Below are positions 42,617 to 53,756 of a stretch of 64,000 nt of DNA, piece after piece. The translations under genes were made by a program, and so were the position numbers. The notes below the pieces were generated by a model. That model saw only the letters and a program-made list of their open reading frames with translations, was not told the DNA's origin and did not search any database. Position 1 is the stretch's first letter. Every line of letters begins with the position of its first letter. Source of the stretch: Methanobacteriota archaeon (lineage in GTDB: Archaea > Halobacteriota > Bog-38 > Methanoflorentales > Methanoflorentaceae); assembly GCA_963720465.1 (NCBI GenBank), contig OY970393.1, forward strand, positions 704,001 through 768,000, read 5' to 3'.

Positions 42617-43343
42617 ATGACCATCGCGATAGGAATTAACTTCGGAACCTACGTTTTGCTAGCTGCAGATACTCGCGCTAGTGGCTACAATCTGCATCGC
42701 AACGAAGAACAATGAAGATGATCAAGAGGAGATTTGTTGTACAAATATAGGAATAGTTAGTGGGGTAGGGAGCATCGAACTTCTTGAGCCCGTGAATGCT
42801 AAATTCAACCAGATAGTCGAACTGAGCTCTTCCGATGTACTCGAGAGAATCGTGCGCAAGGAAAGACGTCGTTTCTCAATGCGTTACCCGCAAGTTCCCG
42901 ATGAATACGCCGAGCAAGTCAAAAACACGTGGTGGATTTTCAGTTGTCGACAGCTTAATTATGACAAGAGAGAGCTTACGCTCGAGCTGCGTGTTATAGA
43001 TCTTCTCTCGAAACTTCTGAGGGCGGATAAAAAGAATCATCCTTATTTGTTGCCCGCATTCGGGGCGACTAAACAAGATTTACTTGATATTACAGGTTCT
43101 CTTAAGGGATCGATAAAATCTTATGAGGACTTTGAAAGCTTACGAGATAGCATCGAGTATCACTGGAAAAAAATTCACCTTCTAATACAAGACATTCACC
43201 CCAAGTTTTCTAGTATCAGCTCCTGTAGCCAGGTAGGTTTCTGTACGATAGACGGCATTATAAACAAGTCTAGGATTGCGAAAAATATTGATGGGATTCC
43301 ATCCTTGACAAAGGAACTGATTGCAGCGCCACGTCAAGCTTGA
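42617..43343 (+). pseudogene. Ntn-hydrolase/proteasome-beta-like protein, frameshifted
   Basis: MTIAIGINFGTYVLLAADTR from 42617; the body continues in another frame (IGIVSGVGS). Confidence 0.6.
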
Positions 43344-43539
43344 CCAAAAATAAGAGAGTCAGAAGCTGCATTTTTTGTCAGTTAGCTGATCGCCTTCGCG
43401 ACGACGCACTTCAGCGGGAGGAGCATACCTCATAGAGGCAAGCGCTACGCCAAAAGCACGTTGGTATAGCACAAAAAGCCCTTGAAACGCAGCGGCAGAG
43501 AATCATAACGGTTATGTTTGACGGCACCTCCAGAAACGC

Positions 43540-44834
43540 ATGCAACCGATCTGCACGCATAAGATAAGCATCCAAAGCTCAAAGCCATCGCATGCCTACC
43601 CCATTATCGGGCTCCCTCGTGAGTTCCGCGAACTGGCTGGTGCAACCGCAGAGATCTATCAAACAAGCTATGACATGGAATCGCTTTCTTAGTGAAGATC
43701 GTCGATCGTTCTAAAAGGAAGCCCATCAAGGGCTCCAATTCAGGAAAGGAGCCTTCACACGGCGGAGGTCGCCGGTTCGAATCCGGCCGAGGCCATCGTT
43801 CTTTTTGGGATTTAGAAGAAGCAGCAGTCTCCATCGAGTTTCAAGATTCTGGGTGCAAGTTGTCTACTTCGAGCGAAAAGTTGTCTACTCCGCCTGTAGA
43901 TGGTCACGCCATCATTAGCAACATTATTACTTGATTTTAAGATCGGCAAACTATGTAGCTACACAGAAGCACGTGCAATAGGTTTGGCTCGGAAATCTGT
44001 CGATTGGATCAATCGCGCTTCAAAGATCTTCTAGCGAGCTACACACAGAAAGATCACTAAGGTTTCAATGGATCGTCTTCGGTCTTATGTGTTAGAGAAA
44101 TACCAGAGCTCGTGGTCAAAGAGTAAGATTCTAACTTTCGCAAAAGCATTTTTGGCATATCTCACGAAGACGCGGCTTGATACCTCGTATCAAGCTTTCA
44201 GCATCTTCCTTGAGCTGCCCAAAGTGGTCAAAGAGCGAGAGAATGTGACAAGCAGGATTGTCACTAAAAAAGACGTAGAGCGGATTCTTGACCATATACA
44301 TCGCGCAGAGTGTCACGGAATTATTAGCACGTCGAGAGCGGAGCAGTACACGGCATTCACTGTTTTTGGCGCATTCACAGGCCAGCGAAGCATGGCAACG
44401 ATGATGAAGCTCCCGTTGGCCAATTGGGCGAGGCCTTACGGGCTCCGAAACCAGTGCTGCAAATAGAGCCGTCTCAAGACAAGATTCGCATGGAACACTA
44501 TGTTCCATTGCACCCACAGGTTATTGAAACTCTTCAACCACTGCTCGACGGGCGGCATGATGATGAGCTGATGTTCCGCCACGGTTCGTTCTGGATGTGG
44601 GCCAAACGGCAGCGAATCCTCATGTCGCAGTTCAAAGGCCATTTCGTGCTCGGCGATCTTCGCAAGTTTTGCGAGCAGCATGGCGACGCCATCGGCTAGG
44701 ATCAGTCGAACCGCGCATATATTATGACGCACGGGGTGAGCGGCATCGATTGGAAGCACTATAAGCATCCGCTTCCTGAGAACGTGTATGACGTGTATAT
44801 AAAGCATTGGCAAAATACCCAGCTAGGCAACTAA
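43540..44834 (+). mobile_element. Full-length but disrupted integrase module I: N-domain, att (43751-43795) and tyrosine recombinase
   Basis: GAFTGQR (Arg), DKIR (Lys), DLRKF, MTHG and WKHY (Tyr); several stops and frameshifts. Confidence 0.9.
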
Positions 44835-45186
44835 GTCTCGGCAATGTTCAGCAGCTAGCATAATACTTGTGCGTTGAACTCTGAGCACTTAATCGTTCTG
44901 ACTAGCCGCGCGCGGCTTAGCACAAATTATATGTTATGATCATAATCTCCTCGAAACGCTGCTGTATCAGTCACCACTTGAAGTGGTAAGATCTCAGCAT
45001 CAATTCAAGAATGTGAGTACCACATTAACACGACGGCAGTTTATCCAAGGCTCAATGATCAGGGCCTGCAGGACGTGCGGATGAGCCGGGCTAACGTCGT
45101 CCCTTAATTTTTTATATCGTTAATCCGAATGACAATTCATCAACCGGAAATGGAGAATTCAAGATACTTGATTGAGGGATGAGGAT

Positions 45187-45669
45187 ATGGCAGAAGGCAC
45201 TTCGAAGGCAGGCAGCACCAAGGTGTTGCTAAACACCAGCATGGGGGACATCACCCTGGAGCTTTTTAATGACATGCCCATTACCGCAGGCAACTTCCGA
45301 AAGCTGGTGGAGAAGGGATTCTACGACGGCACCATCTTCCACCGGATCATCGACGGTTTCATGATACAGGGCGGGGACTCCACGGGCACTGGCCGGGGTG
45401 GACCGGGGTACGCTATCAACGATGAGTTCTCTCATCACAACCGCAACGACCGGGGGACCATTGCCATGGCCAACGCCGGTCCGAACACGGGCGGCAGCCA
45501 GTTCTTTATCAACCTGGTAAACAACAACTACCTGGACCAAGCTCATCCGGTCTTCGGCAAGGTTATTGCGGGAATGGATGTGGCTGAGAAGATGGGCAAA
45601 GTGAAGACTGACGCTATGGACCGGCCGGCGAAAGAGGTGAAGATAATAGGTGCGAAGATCGCAGATTAA
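45187..45669 (+). CDS. Cyclophilin-type peptidyl-prolyl isomerase
   Basis: FYDGTIFHRIIDGFMIQGG, IAMANAGPNTGGSQFFI, HPVFGKV. Confidence 0.96.
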   Translation: MAEGTSKAGSTKVLLNTSMGDITLELFNDMPITAGNFRKLVEKGFYDGTIFHRIIDGFMIQGGDSTGTGRGGPGYAINDEFSHHNRNDRGTIAMANAGPNTGGSQFFINLVNNNYLDQAHPVFGKVIAGMDVAEKMGKVKTDAMDRPAKEVKIIGAKIAD

Positions 45670-45874
45670 TTTTTTTAAGCTAGAAATAGGGCGTGTACTT
45701 TCTTGACTTGATATTTATCCGTTACTGCCGCTCGTCATAGGTTTGGGAGCAGCGATGGATTCCAGTCTTTGTGCATCGAAATCTTGGCGTAGGCAGCAAA
45801 GGAACTGCGATCGGCCCATAAGGCGTCGCAAGATATTATTACGAGAACGGTAACTCCCCTTCTGGAGGACGCAC

Positions 45875-46201
45875 ATGAGAAAGCTCAATGAGAAGGATGT
45901 GGAGATCTTAAGGAAGCTTGCCCCGGAGGCGAGCATACCCACCCATTATCGCTCCATCCTGCCACCGGTCTCCATGCATTTTGCAGCCGACGATGAGGAT
46001 TTACAGGACCGGCTAAAGAGGCTCTCAACAGAGGACCTCAAGTATCTGGCCGACCGCATCCTGGACGGCTCAGAGTGCTTGTTGTGCATCTCCCCAGAGG
46101 CTGCCGGGACGTTTCTAGACCTGCTGGAGGAGAGACTGCCCGGCGATACTGCGAAAAGCATAAGAGAGCAGTACAATTCGGCCACAGGATATGATGTCTA
46201 A
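45875..46201 (+). CDS. Hypothetical protein
   Basis: GGAGG Shine-Dalgarno; YRSILPPVSMHFA..GSECLLC. Confidence 0.7.
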   Translation: MRKLNEKDVEILRKLAPEASIPTHYRSILPPVSMHFAADDEDLQDRLKRLSTEDLKYLADRILDGSECLLCISPEAAGTFLDLLEERLPGDTAKSIREQYNSATGYDV

Positions 46202-46841
46202 AGGATCTCTTTTCTCGGAAATCCTACGCGGCTCTGATACTGGGACCAAACCAGGATTTGAGAGCGATGGATACGTCAAAGATGCTCAGCCTCCGTCTTT
46301 ATAATTCGGGTCTGGGTCATTCCCCGTTCGAAAATGCCATCGATGCAGTCTCCCACTTGGGTCACGTTTTTCCCGACGGGCCCGCGCCGAGGCGCTCCGC
46401 GCTGCACAGCTTGCAGTCAAAGCGAAGTACCCTGATCCCTACTTCTGGGGGGTGTTCATCTGTCAGGGTGATCCCGCTCCACTCTCGTAAGAGGATGATC
46501 AAGCGACAAGCCTATTTTTCAGACCGAATGAAAACGATCCATATACAGGTAGATCACGTGCCCGGGTGCGAGACAAATTAGCCAACCGCGTTGGAAAGTT
46601 GATCTGACCATGTGCGTTGATCAAGATCCTTTATACGGCGTCTCGCAGAAGGAGCGAGTAAACTTAGTACTTGGCTGAAGAATGTATTGGCTAAAATACG
46701 TAGACGGATTCTGCTCACTTGGGTTAGACGTTGCATGTGCACCAACAAAGGAGAAAAACGCATCAGGTCATGTTCTCGAGCACAACTAGCAGCTGGACTA
46801 GTAAACAATTTGAATAAAAAAAGCGGGTTAAGGAGGTTAAT

Positions 46842-48263
46842 ATGACCAATAAGTTCCGCAAGGAGACAGATAGTTTAGGTGAAGTTAACGTACCTTCTGA
46901 CAAGTTGTGGGGGGCGCAAACACAACGTTCGTTGGAGCATTTCAGTATCGGCGGCGACTTAATGCCAAGAGAAATGATTGAATCCTACGCTATATTAAAA
47001 AAGGCAGCGGCTATAGTGAATTTCCAGCTCGGCCAGCTGACTGAGGACCGCCGGGATTTGATAGTCCAAGTGTGTGATGAAATTCTAGCCGGTCAACATC
47101 AGGATCAGTTTCCTCTTTATGTGTGGATGACTGGAAGCGGGACTCATTTCAACATGAATGTGAATGAAGTAATTTCCAATCGCTGCTCACAGTTAACGGG
47201 AAATCCGCTGGGCAGTAAAATGCCAGTGCATCCCAATGATCATGTTAATAGGTCCCAGTCTTCAAATGACTCATTTCCATCTGCCATGCATGTCGCCGCA
47301 GTAAAAAACATAAATCAACGATTGATACCGTCCGTGAAACATTTACGTGATTCATTGCACGCCAAGGCAGAAGAATGGAAGAAGATTGTAAAGGTTGGTC
47401 GTACCCATATGCAGGATGCTACTCCCATCACTTTGGGACAGGAATTTTCTGGTTATGCGGGTCTGTTAGATGGTAATCTAGAACGTTTAGAGAATAACAT
47501 GCAAGACGTGTATCATTTGGCTTTGGGAGGCACTGCTGTCGGGACGGGAATTAATGCCCCTCCGGGATTTGATAAAAAAGTGGCAGCTGAAATCGCAAGA
47601 CAAACTGGCCTTCCCTTTATAACCGCGCCCAACAAATTCGCCGTTCAAGGTTCTCATGATGCTCTGGTTATGCTGAGCGGCAGCCTAAAAACCCTGGCAA
47701 TCTCTCTATTTAAAATTGCTAATGATATTCGTATCTTAAGTTCTGGGCCGCGTTGTGGGTTAAATGAACTCAATATTCCATCTAATGAGCCCGGGTCTTC
47801 CATCATGCCCGGGAAAGTCAATCCGTCCCAATGTGAAGCTCTGGCCATGGTGGCCATTCAGGTGATGGCTAATGATACGGCAGTGGCTTTTGGCGGAGGG
47901 GGTGGTTATCTGGAGATGAATGTCTATAAACCGCTGATAATCCACAACATCATGCATTCCGTCCGAATTATGGCAGACGCATGCCATAACTTCCGGTTGT
48001 TCCTGGTGGAGGGGACTGAAGCTAATAAAAAGCAGATCAACAACTTCTTAGAACGATCGCTCACGCTAGTGACTGCCCTTAGCCCTGTTATTGGTTATGA
48101 CAAAGCATCAAAAGTGGCCCACTATGCACTGGATAATGATCTAACGCTTAAGGAAGCTGTTTTGGAGCTTGAATGTCTTCAGGAGGACGAATTTGACCGT
48201 GTGGCCGATCCAGGGAAGATGGTGTATCCCCGTGTCGCTCAGTATGGAGGCGAGGATAAATAG
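46842..48263 (+). CDS. fumC: Class II fumarate hydratase
   Basis: [43 protein letters not shown]. Confidence 0.97.
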   Translation: MTNKFRKETDSLGEVNVPSDKLWGAQTQRSLEHFSIGGDLMPREMIESYAILKKAAAIVNFQLGQLTEDRRDLIVQVCDEILAGQHQDQFPLYVWMTGSGTHFNMNVNEVISNRCSQLTGNPLGSKMPVHPNDHVNRSQSSNDSFPSAMHVAAVKNINQRLIPSVKHLRDSLHAKAEEWKKIVKVGRTHMQDATPITLGQEFSGYAGLLDGNLERLENNMQDVYHLALGGTAVGTGINAPPGFDKKVAAEIARQTGLPFITAPNKFAVQGSHDALVMLSGSLKTLAISLFKIANDIRILSSGPRCGLNELNIPSNEPGSSIMPGKVNPSQCEALAMVAIQVMANDTAVAFGGGGGYLEMNVYKPLIIHNIMHSVRIMADACHNFRLFLVEGTEANKKQINNFLERSLTLVTALSPVIGYDKASKVAHYALDNDLTLKEAVLELECLQEDEFDRVADPGKMVYPRVAQYGGEDK

Positions 48264-48337
48264 ACGGTGGAAACGGTCAAAAACGTTTATTCAATAATGA
48301 TGAGTCCTTTTTTCGCGTTGAAAATGGGGGTCTTATA

Positions 48338-50041
48338 GTGATTCATCGCCACGATGTTCTCATCATCGGAGGAGGATTAACTGGACTTCGAGCTGCCCTG
48401 CGTGTCTCAGATGCCGGTCTAAACGGGGCGGTAGTTTCCAAGGTCCATCCGTTGCGTTCTCATTCGGTGGCAGCCCAGGGTGGGATGAATGCCTCACTGG
48501 GGAATGTCAAAGGCGAGGACGGTACGAAGGACAGCTGGAAAAACCACGCTTATGATACGGTGAAAGGATCGGATTATCTAGCCGACCAGGACGCCGTTGA
48601 ACGCTTGTGTCGTGAGGCCCCTAGCGCCGTCATCGAACTGGAACACATGGGAACGGTGTGGTCAAGACTGGCAGACGGAAAAATTGCACAGCGCCCTTTC
48701 GGAGGGGCAGGATTTCCCAGAACGTGTTACGCAGCAGATCGCACCGGTCACAACGCGCTCCACACCCTCTACGAGCACCTATCGGGTCGGCAAATCCCGG
48801 TCTATGAAGAGTTTTTTGTAACATCACTAGTAACTAAAGACGGACGTTGCATTGGATGCACGGCTTTGGAGCTCATGACCGGCCAGGTCCACGGCTTCCT
48901 CGCAAAGGCAGTCCTTATGGCCTCTGGCGGCTTTGGCCGGATATTCAACAAGTCGACAAACGCGTTAATTAACACCGGAGACGGTCCGGCACTAGCGCTC
49001 CGTGCGGGTGCACTACTCAAGGATATGGAGTTTGTCCAGTTCCATCCTACCACCCTCTATGGGACGAACATTTTAATCACAGAAGGGGCCCGCGGCGAAG
49101 GAGGTATCCTCCTCAACCAGAATGGAGAGCGGTTCATGGAACGCTACGCTCCCAATTCGGTTGACCTTGCCCCGCGTGATGTGGTGGCACGGTCTATCGA
49201 ACAGGAAATCGCAGAGGGAAGAGGTTATGATGGAGGTTATGTACACCTTGACCTGCGCCATCTGGGTGCTGATCGGATCACGGAACGGTTGCCAGGAATA
49301 AGGCAGATAGCCATGGATTTTGCGGGTGTCGATCCGATCCAAGATCCGGTACCAGTCCAGCCTGGTCAGCACTACTCAATGGGCGGTATTGATGCGGATA
49401 TCAACGGCGCAACCGCGCTTCCGGGTCTCTATGCTGCAGGTGAATGTGCCTGCATCAGTGTCCATGGGGCCAACCGGTTGGGTGGAAATTCTCTCGTGGA
49501 AACGGTGGTATTCGGACGGCTAGTGGCCGAGAAGATCATTGAGGATGTAGAGGAGATGACCCTTGCCAATGATGAGCCGGTAAAAGCCGCCATAAAGAGT
49601 ACAAATGATAGAATCGAAGGAATACTTCGACGTGAAGGAGGAGAACCCGTCTTTAGGATTAAGGATATGATGACCAATACCATGTCCAACAAATTCGGAA
49701 TATTCCGTGAAAAACAGAAGATGCGGGAAGGTCTCGACGAGATTAAAAAAATACAGGAACAAGTTGGTCACGTTTCAGTCCAGAATAAGGAGCGCAAACT
49801 AAACCAGGCACTTATCAGGTTCTTAGAGCTGGAGGGAATGCTCCTGCTGGCTGAGGCAGTCGCGCGTGGTGCGCTTGCCCGGGAGGAGAGCCGAGGTTCC
49901 CACAAGAGGACCGATTATCCTGAACGTGACGATCTTAACTTCCTAAAACACACTCTGGTGGGATTGCGAGACGACGCAATACATGTTTCATATAAGCCCG
50001 TTACGTTAGGCGTGTTTGAGCCAAGGGAGCGCGTTTATTAA
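48338..50041 (+). CDS. sdhA: Succinate dehydrogenase/fumarate reductase flavoprotein
   Basis: GGGLTG, RSHSVAAQGG, QFHPT, TEGARGEG, HYSMGG, HGANRLGGNS. Confidence 0.95.
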   Translation: MIHRHDVLIIGGGLTGLRAALRVSDAGLNGAVVSKVHPLRSHSVAAQGGMNASLGNVKGEDGTKDSWKNHAYDTVKGSDYLADQDAVERLCREAPSAVIELEHMGTVWSRLADGKIAQRPFGGAGFPRTCYAADRTGHNALHTLYEHLSGRQIPVYEEFFVTSLVTKDGRCIGCTALELMTGQVHGFLAKAVLMASGGFGRIFNKSTNALINTGDGPALALRAGALLKDMEFVQFHPTTLYGTNILITEGARGEGGILLNQNGERFMERYAPNSVDLAPRDVVARSIEQEIAEGRGYDGGYVHLDLRHLGADRITERLPGIRQIAMDFAGVDPIQDPVPVQPGQHYSMGGIDADINGATALPGLYAAGECACISVHGANRLGGNSLVETVVFGRLVAEKIIEDVEEMTLANDEPVKAAIKSTNDRIEGILRREGGEPVFRIKDMMTNTMSNKFGIFREKQKMREGLDEIKKIQEQVGHVSVQNKERKLNQALIRFLELEGMLLLAEAVARGALAREESRGSHKRTDYPERDDLNFLKHTLVGLRDDAIHVSYKPVTLGVFEPRERVY

Positions 50042-50805
50042 TGAAACTCAAAGTGTACCGATACCATGAGGGAATGGCTGCGCCCCGTTACGATACCTTT
50101 CAGCTGGTGCCAAGTCCAGCAATGACGGTGTTAGAGGCTTTAGTCCAGTTCCAGGAAAAACTCGACGATTCGCTCGCATTTCGTTATTCCTGCCGTGGAG
50201 CAGTCTGTGGAACTTGTGCGATGTTAATCAACAGAGTCCCCCGGCTTGCGTGCCGTACCCAAGTGGAATCTCTCCTGAAGGGAAATCTCAAGGTCGCTAT
50301 TGCCCCATACCCGGCTATTGGGGAAACTGTGCCCTGGGACCCCGAAGAAGAGGTTTTAGTAGAGCCCCTCCCCCATTTGCCTGTAATTAGGGATCTCATT
50401 GTGGACATGGGCATATTTTTCCAGTACTACCGGTTCATAGCACCAGTCTTCCGACCATCGGATCCAGATCCTGAAAAGGAGCGAATTATGGATCCTGCTG
50501 CAGTTAAGAAGCTAGAGACGTATACCAACTGTGTTCTCTGTGCCGCTTGTCACGCGGCCTGTCCCGTTGTAGGACAAAATCCCGAATACCTTGGACCTGC
50601 TGCCCTAGCCAAACTCTACCGGTTCCACGTTGACCCTAGGGATGTTGATGGAGACTCAACACTAAAACGAGCAGATATCCCCAATGGGTGGTGGGCCTGT
50701 GACTTGTATGGGAACTGTAATCGGGTGTGTCCCAAAGGCGTTCCCCCGAGAACCGCTATCGAAAAAGCTGTGGCAGCACTAAACAAAGAAAAAAAAGAAG
50801 CTTAA
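50041..50805 (+). CDS. sdhB: Succinate dehydrogenase/fumarate reductase Fe-S subunit
   Basis: SCRGAVCGTC, CVLCAACHAACP, CDLYGNCNRVCPKG. Confidence 0.93.
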   Translation: MKLKVYRYHEGMAAPRYDTFQLVPSPAMTVLEALVQFQEKLDDSLAFRYSCRGAVCGTCAMLINRVPRLACRTQVESLLKGNLKVAIAPYPAIGETVPWDPEEEVLVEPLPHLPVIRDLIVDMGIFFQYYRFIAPVFRPSDPDPEKERIMDPAAVKKLETYTNCVLCAACHAACPVVGQNPEYLGPAALAKLYRFHVDPRDVDGDSTLKRADIPNGWWACDLYGNCNRVCPKGVPPRTAIEKAVAALNKEKKEA

Positions 50806-51081
50806 TAGACAAAATTTGTCCCAAAAAAGATCCTTTTCGAAATGGAATCTATCCTTATTTTCATTGATTTGGCAGGAAATCTGAAATGAAATAACGCGTA
50901 TGAAATGCCATCTTTTTGTTTATAATGCGGAAAGGAAGATCAAAAAATGAACCTTAAACCCGGCAGTAAGGGGAGGATATTCCAGATACCTACCGTGCTC
51001 TGTCTGCGGAGCAAAATCCTATCTGCATCCAGTTAGCAATGACAGAGTCTCCGCAAAAAGGGTGGACAAGGGGGGAAACCT

Positions 51082-52133
51082 GTGGAAAGGGATTTGACTT
51101 ATTACCGTCATCGAGCCAGGGAGATGCTCGCTCGCGTGTGTGGTGTTTACCCAGTGTGCGACGGTGACCCGGATCATCTATGCACCGGACAAAAATATGG
51201 AGCGCCTATCGGCTTAGGGGGCGCAGGACAGGCCAAGACATTTGAGGCAAACTATAGAGCCCTGCAACAGTACCGGCTGAAAATGCGGGTGATCAAGGCC
51301 CATCACGAACCAGAAATGTCCGTTTCAATCTTTGGGAAGGAGCTCGCCGCCCCGGTTATGGGGGCGGCCATCTCCGGCGTGAAAAACAACATGAATGATG
51401 CCATGCCCGAAGAAGAATTTTATTGGGGTCTGTTAAAGGGAGCTCAGGCGTTCGGGACTATCGGCATGGTGGGAAACACCCCTACCAGTCCCGAAGACTT
51501 GGGGGTCACCACCGTAGGGAAGAACGAGGGATGGGGAATCCCATTCTTCAAACCCCAGTCCCAGGATCGGTTAATTAAGCTCTTCCAGCTGGCAGAGAAA
51601 CTGGATGTGATTGCCATTGGCGTTGATCTGGAAGGTGCGGGGTCTACTTCTTGGATCACTCCCGAGAAAAGGGTTTACCGGAAAAGTGAGGATAATTTAA
51701 AGGAATTAGTAGAGTGCACCAGTAAACCCGTGATCTTCAAGGGTATTATGAGCACGGAAGACGCGGTTAAGGTGGTGGATTCCGGTGCCAGTGCATGTTA
51801 CGTATCTAATCACGGGGGCAGAGTCCTAGACTGCGGCCAGGGAGTGGCAGAGGTACTCCTGATATAGCAGAGGAGATTTCAGGAAAGATCCCTATACTGG
51901 CGGATGGAACGGTGCGAACGGGATTTGACGTCCTCAAGATCAGGGCGCTTGGCGCGGATGTAGCCCTGATCGGCCGGCCCCTCGCACAAGTGTGTATTGG
52001 TGGGGGATACATGGCCGTGAAGATGTATTTTGATTATGTTAAGGATGATCTTCGCCGAGCCATGCTATTGACAGGATGCGATACGCTCAAAGACGCAAAC
52101 ATGAGTATTTTGGATAGATTGGGGCATCTGTAA
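51082..52133 (+). pseudogene. FMN-dependent alpha-hydroxy-acid oxidase with one frameshift near 51860
   Basis: PVIFKGIM..VSNHGGRVLD / ILADGTVRTGFDVLK..GRP. Confidence 0.85.
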
Positions 52134-52424
52134 TCCAATATTCAAAGAACGTTTTGTTTCTTTGAAAGAATCTATTCCTGAGATGTGACTCGGACACAGT
52201 CTCGCTGTCCGGCTTATCAAAGACATTCGGACAACTTACCGTCGTCGTAACCGTTCAAACGAAACGGGCGTAAGGTGTAGCACAAAGTCGCAAAAAAAGC
52301 AGGCGCAATATAGATGCGTCCCGCAGCGGCTTTGATGGCGGGATGATGTAGTCAAGGTATTGCCAGTGAAAGGGTGGACAATCACCTCCTGTCCACTCTT
52401 TTGCATCGCTCAGCACGTGCCAAT

Positions 52425-52632
52425 TCAGAAATACCCTCTCCCACCGTCTATGAAAAAAATGGCGATGGTAGGTATGAACGTCTCAGGGAGGGCCGTACCG
52501 ATTGCAGCTAGTATATCCCACCACACTCTCCGAGAGCTTGAATTTGCGCCCGATCCACTCGATCCCGTTGGTGGAGAGATCACAGCTGATGAAGACGAGC
52601 AGAATGCTGATGAGGAAGAGTGCAATATTCAT
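52425..52632 (-). pseudogene. Na+/Ca2+ antiporter (CaCA) N-terminal fragment
   Basis: TNGIEWIGRKFKLSESVVG / ILAAIGTALPETFIP. Confidence 0.75.
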
Positions 52633-52801
52633 GCGTGCCCCTCTATGATGCAACCTCCAGTTAAATAGCTTTCTCGCCTCTGAACTGAAATTAGGAGCAG
52701 GAATGTAGACTAACGATGATTCGGCGGGCAAACTTGATAAAACGAGCAATACATGACTAGACTCTCGAAGTTGCGCAGAAATCTCTCTTGGAGAAGCAAA
52801 A

Positions 52802-53236
52802 ATGAAAAAACACGCAATCTTAGGAATCTGCGTGATCGCAGCGATCTTGATCGCCGGCTGTACGCAAAGTACGCAAAGCGGACAGACGGCAGGATTGGGA
52901 AATCATGTTATCAGCACTGCGAATCAGAACAACGTCACCGTCAAAAATTATCAGTTTAATCCTCAGTTCTTGACGATTCCGCAAGGAGCAAACGTGACGT
53001 GGATCAATCAGGATTCGTCGAGTGGTGCATACGGCGGATCAACTTCGATTCAGCATCAAATAACCTCAAATAATTCGGCGTTTGCACAGTCAGCGCCTCT
53101 TAACAACGGAGACAGTTACACGGTGCAGTTCAATCAAACCGGGACGTTCCCGTATCATTGCGCGATTCACACCTATATGACGGGAACGATCACCGTCGTC
53201 GCAAGGAACGTGACAACGACAACAGCGGCAATGTAA
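52802..53236 (+). CDS. Cupredoxin (plastocyanin/halocyanin-like) lipoprotein
   Basis: Lipobox LIAGC, FNP, VTWIN, H..YHCAIH.YM.GTI. Confidence 0.9.
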   Translation: MKKHAILGICVIAAILIAGCTQSTQSGQTAGLGNHVISTANQNNVTVKNYQFNPQFLTIPQGANVTWINQDSSSGAYGGSTSIQHQITSNNSAFAQSAPLNNGDSYTVQFNQTGTFPYHCAIHTYMTGTITVVARNVTTTTAAM

Positions 53237-53743
53237 AGAGATTAAGAAAGAAATGGTCGGATTAAGATTCGTCCCTCACGGCGGGGGTGTTAAGCGACGT
53301 CAGATGGCTCAAGTCTCTGGGATTCGATTCCTCGCCATAATCACGCAAATGGATGGTATTATGAGCACGCAAGACGCGCAATCATCGTCGAAAACGCTAT
53401 TGCTTGACGTATGTTGGATACGAACTGCAAGCGGAGATATTGATTAAGGAGGGCATAGGGGAGTCTGTTGACGGAACTATGCCACAATGCTATCATTTGA
53501 GACCACCACTAAGTGAAGCAGGGCAAAGGATAGGGTTGGTCAAGCATATATGATTGACCCGATGCGAGAGGACGTTTTTAGGACAATTTTACATGTTTTG
53601 AGAAGTGATGGCCGCGGCCACAACGCTGGTTGATTTTCAACTTTTACGGTTAGTAGTATCGTAACAAGAGAGCGCGGCCAAAACAAATAGAAGCAATATG
53701 TGGCCGCTGCGAAGTCACGCCGCTTTTTCTTAAGGTTGCTCCT

Positions 53744-53756
53744 CGTCTTCACACGG
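53744..53756 (+). mobile_element. att core remnant J
   Basis: CGTCTTCACACGG is identical to the D and F cores. Confidence 0.45.

Noticed and set aside
46267-46362. AlkZ-like wHTH gene (MDTSKMLSLRLYNSGL..AVSHLG)
   Set aside because: Only about 30 codons resemble the family start before similarity ends, which is too little to call.
13650-51870. Programmed frameshifting or phase variation in the SnoaL, hydrolase, C_GCAxxG and hydroxy-acid oxidase genes
   Set aside because: There is no shared slippery motif. Single indels are more simply explained by decay or sequencing error, and reads are needed to decide.
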